Made by a program: the position numbers and the translations under genes. The notes beneath the pieces are model-generated. The model was not told where the DNA came from. It did no database searches and worked only from the letters and a program-made list of their open reading frames with translations. DNA of 32,000 nt, taken from the sequence record JAQMWT010000697.1; one strand, given 5' to 3'. This document shows, one piece after another, positions 30,669-32,000 of the stretch (its first letter is position 1; each line of letters opens with the position of its first letter).

Positions 30669-31700
30669 TTAATTAAAAAACGACGTATCAGAAAGTAAGG
30701 GTAAATTAAAAGTTATGTTAGTTTGACCATTTGAAAGTAATGTACGAACTTGTGTTTTCGGTTTTGCTCCTCTTAATAGTAAGTCTACTGCTTCGTTAAC
30801 ATTTTCATAAATTGTCCACGATTTTAAGCTATTAATTTCTATTATCAAATTAAATGTTGAAGAAAATTTTCGCTCTAATATACTTTTTTTTGTATTTCGG
30901 TTTCGTGCCTCCTGGTCACTCAAAGTTACTGATTGTATACCCCCAATAAGGTCCATTAAAATTGGGTTCCGTATTAAATTTTCAATGCAGTTACCATGAG
31001 CGGTTCCAATTAATTGAACCCCACGTTCTGCTATAGTGCGGGCGGACATAGCTTCTGTTTCTGTTCCAATTTCATCAATTATAATTATTTCAGGCATATG
31101 ATTTTCAACTGCTTCTATTAAACTTTGATATTGTAAATGAGAATCTTTGACTTGCAATCTTCGAGATAAGCCTACAGTAACATGTGGGACATCGTTATCC
31201 CCGGCAATTTCATTTGACGTGTCAACAATTACTACTCTTTTTTTTAGTTCATTTGATAAGATACGGGCAATTTCCCGAATAATTGTTGTTTTACCAATTC
31301 CTGGCCGCCCAAGTATTAAAATTGACTTGTTTGAAGTTAACAAATCGCGTATCCGATTTGTTAAACCTACGCTTGAACGCCCGACTCGACACGTTAACCC
31401 AATAATTTGGTCATCCCGATTTTTTAAGCAACTAATTCGATGTAAATTATCTTGCATACCTGCTCTGTTTTTATTATTAAAGTTATTAATTTTTGTTAAA
31501 CAAAAATTAATATCTTGTTTTGAAATAAAATGGGATGGTATTAATTCAACTCCCGATTGAAAGTGGATTTGTGGAAATCTTCCAAAATCGAATACAATTT
31601 CGGTTATTTCATTCAATTTAGGATGCTTTTTTAAAGAATTTTGAATAAAATCTGGAAATATATTTAGAAGTTCAAATAAGTCATCATTACATATAATCAT
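30669..31700 (-). CDS. ycf45: P-loop ATPase Ycf45 (SpoIIIAA-like)
   Basis: 343 aa. Walker A GRPGIGKTT, VVIVDTSNEIAGD, Walker B IIIIDEIGTETEA, ERGVQLIGTAHG. This is the pattern I recognise for Ycf45. Confidence 0.85.
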   Translation of the reverse strand: MIICNDDLFELLNIFPDFIQNSLKKHPKLNEITEIVFDFGRFPQIHFQSGVELIPSHFISKQDINFCLTKINNFNNKNRAGMQDNLHRISCLKNRDDQIIGLTCRVGRSSVGLTNRIRDLLTSNKSILILGRPGIGKTTIIREIARILSNELKKRVVIVDTSNEIAGDNDVPHVTVGLSRRLQVKDSHLQYQSLIEAVENHMPEIIIIDEIGTETEAMSARTIAERGVQLIGTAHGNCIENLIRNPILMDLIGGIQSVTLSDQEARNRNTKKSILERKFSSTFNLIIEINSLKSWTIYENVNEAVDLLLRGAKPKTQVRTLLSNGQTNITFNLPLLSDTSFFN

Positions 31701-31862
31701 AAATCTTTTAATTTATAGAAATAAAAATAAAAAATTCAACTCTGTGCATTTTTGTTTATAATATAATATGAAAACTCATTTTGAAATAAGTCAAGATTGT
31801 GATAAAAGAGTTATTTAAAAAAGATGAGAGTTTCTAATTTCTGTTTTTTGTAAAACATTTAT

Positions 31863-32000
31863 ATGACAGTTAGCTCTAAGGAGCGCGAAGCGAAAAAAGT
31901 AAGAATCTTAGTTGATAGAGACGTAGTCGATACAAGTTTCGAAAAATGGGCAAAACCCGGACATTTTTCGAGAACACTTGCTAAAGGCCCCAAAACTACT
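31863..32000 (+). CDS. psaA: Photosystem I P700 apoprotein A1, N-terminal 46 codons (continues beyond window end)
   Basis: Manual translation gives [46 protein letters not shown], the conserved PsaA N-terminus. Confidence 0.92.
   Translation, partial: MTVSSKEREAKKVRILVDRDVVDTSFEKWAKPGHFSRTLAKGPKTT

Overview
This window reads as a compact, strongly AT-rich plastid genome segment of the red-algal lineage, either a rhodophyte or a red-derived secondary plastid. The gene set supports this: chlL/N/B, ilvB, tatC, ccs1, ccsA, rbcR, ycf33, ycf45, ycf46, psbV, psbX, rpl34 and rps6. I cannot name the species from sequence alone. I could support 41 protein-coding genes. Five of them are below the ORF-track size cutoff and were found by manual translation: psbX, petL, rpl34 and psbJ/psbL/psbF. 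Two more run off the window edges: rpoC1 at the start and psaA at the end. There are also 6 tRNA genes, several sigma70-type (PEP-like) promoters directly upstream of tRNAs, and several stem-loops in gene 3' regions, three of them between convergent genes. No introns, rRNA, CRISPR arrays, transposases or integrases were seen. I do not see a convincing foreign multi-gene system. The best candidates for something undescribed are: (1) an unassignable ORF (18144-18578) between the chlLNB operon and rpl27, bracketed by a 12-bp direct repeat and ending inside a perfect palindrome shared with the rpl27 stop; (2) two long ORF-free spacers (13368-14071 and 28967-29793), the second carrying two perfect 13-bp palindromes; (3) two P-loop/AAA ATPases of unresolved function, ycf46 (tightly linked to ccs1) and a short-form ycf45. 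All functional calls come from by-eye motif and family recognition. No database search was possible.
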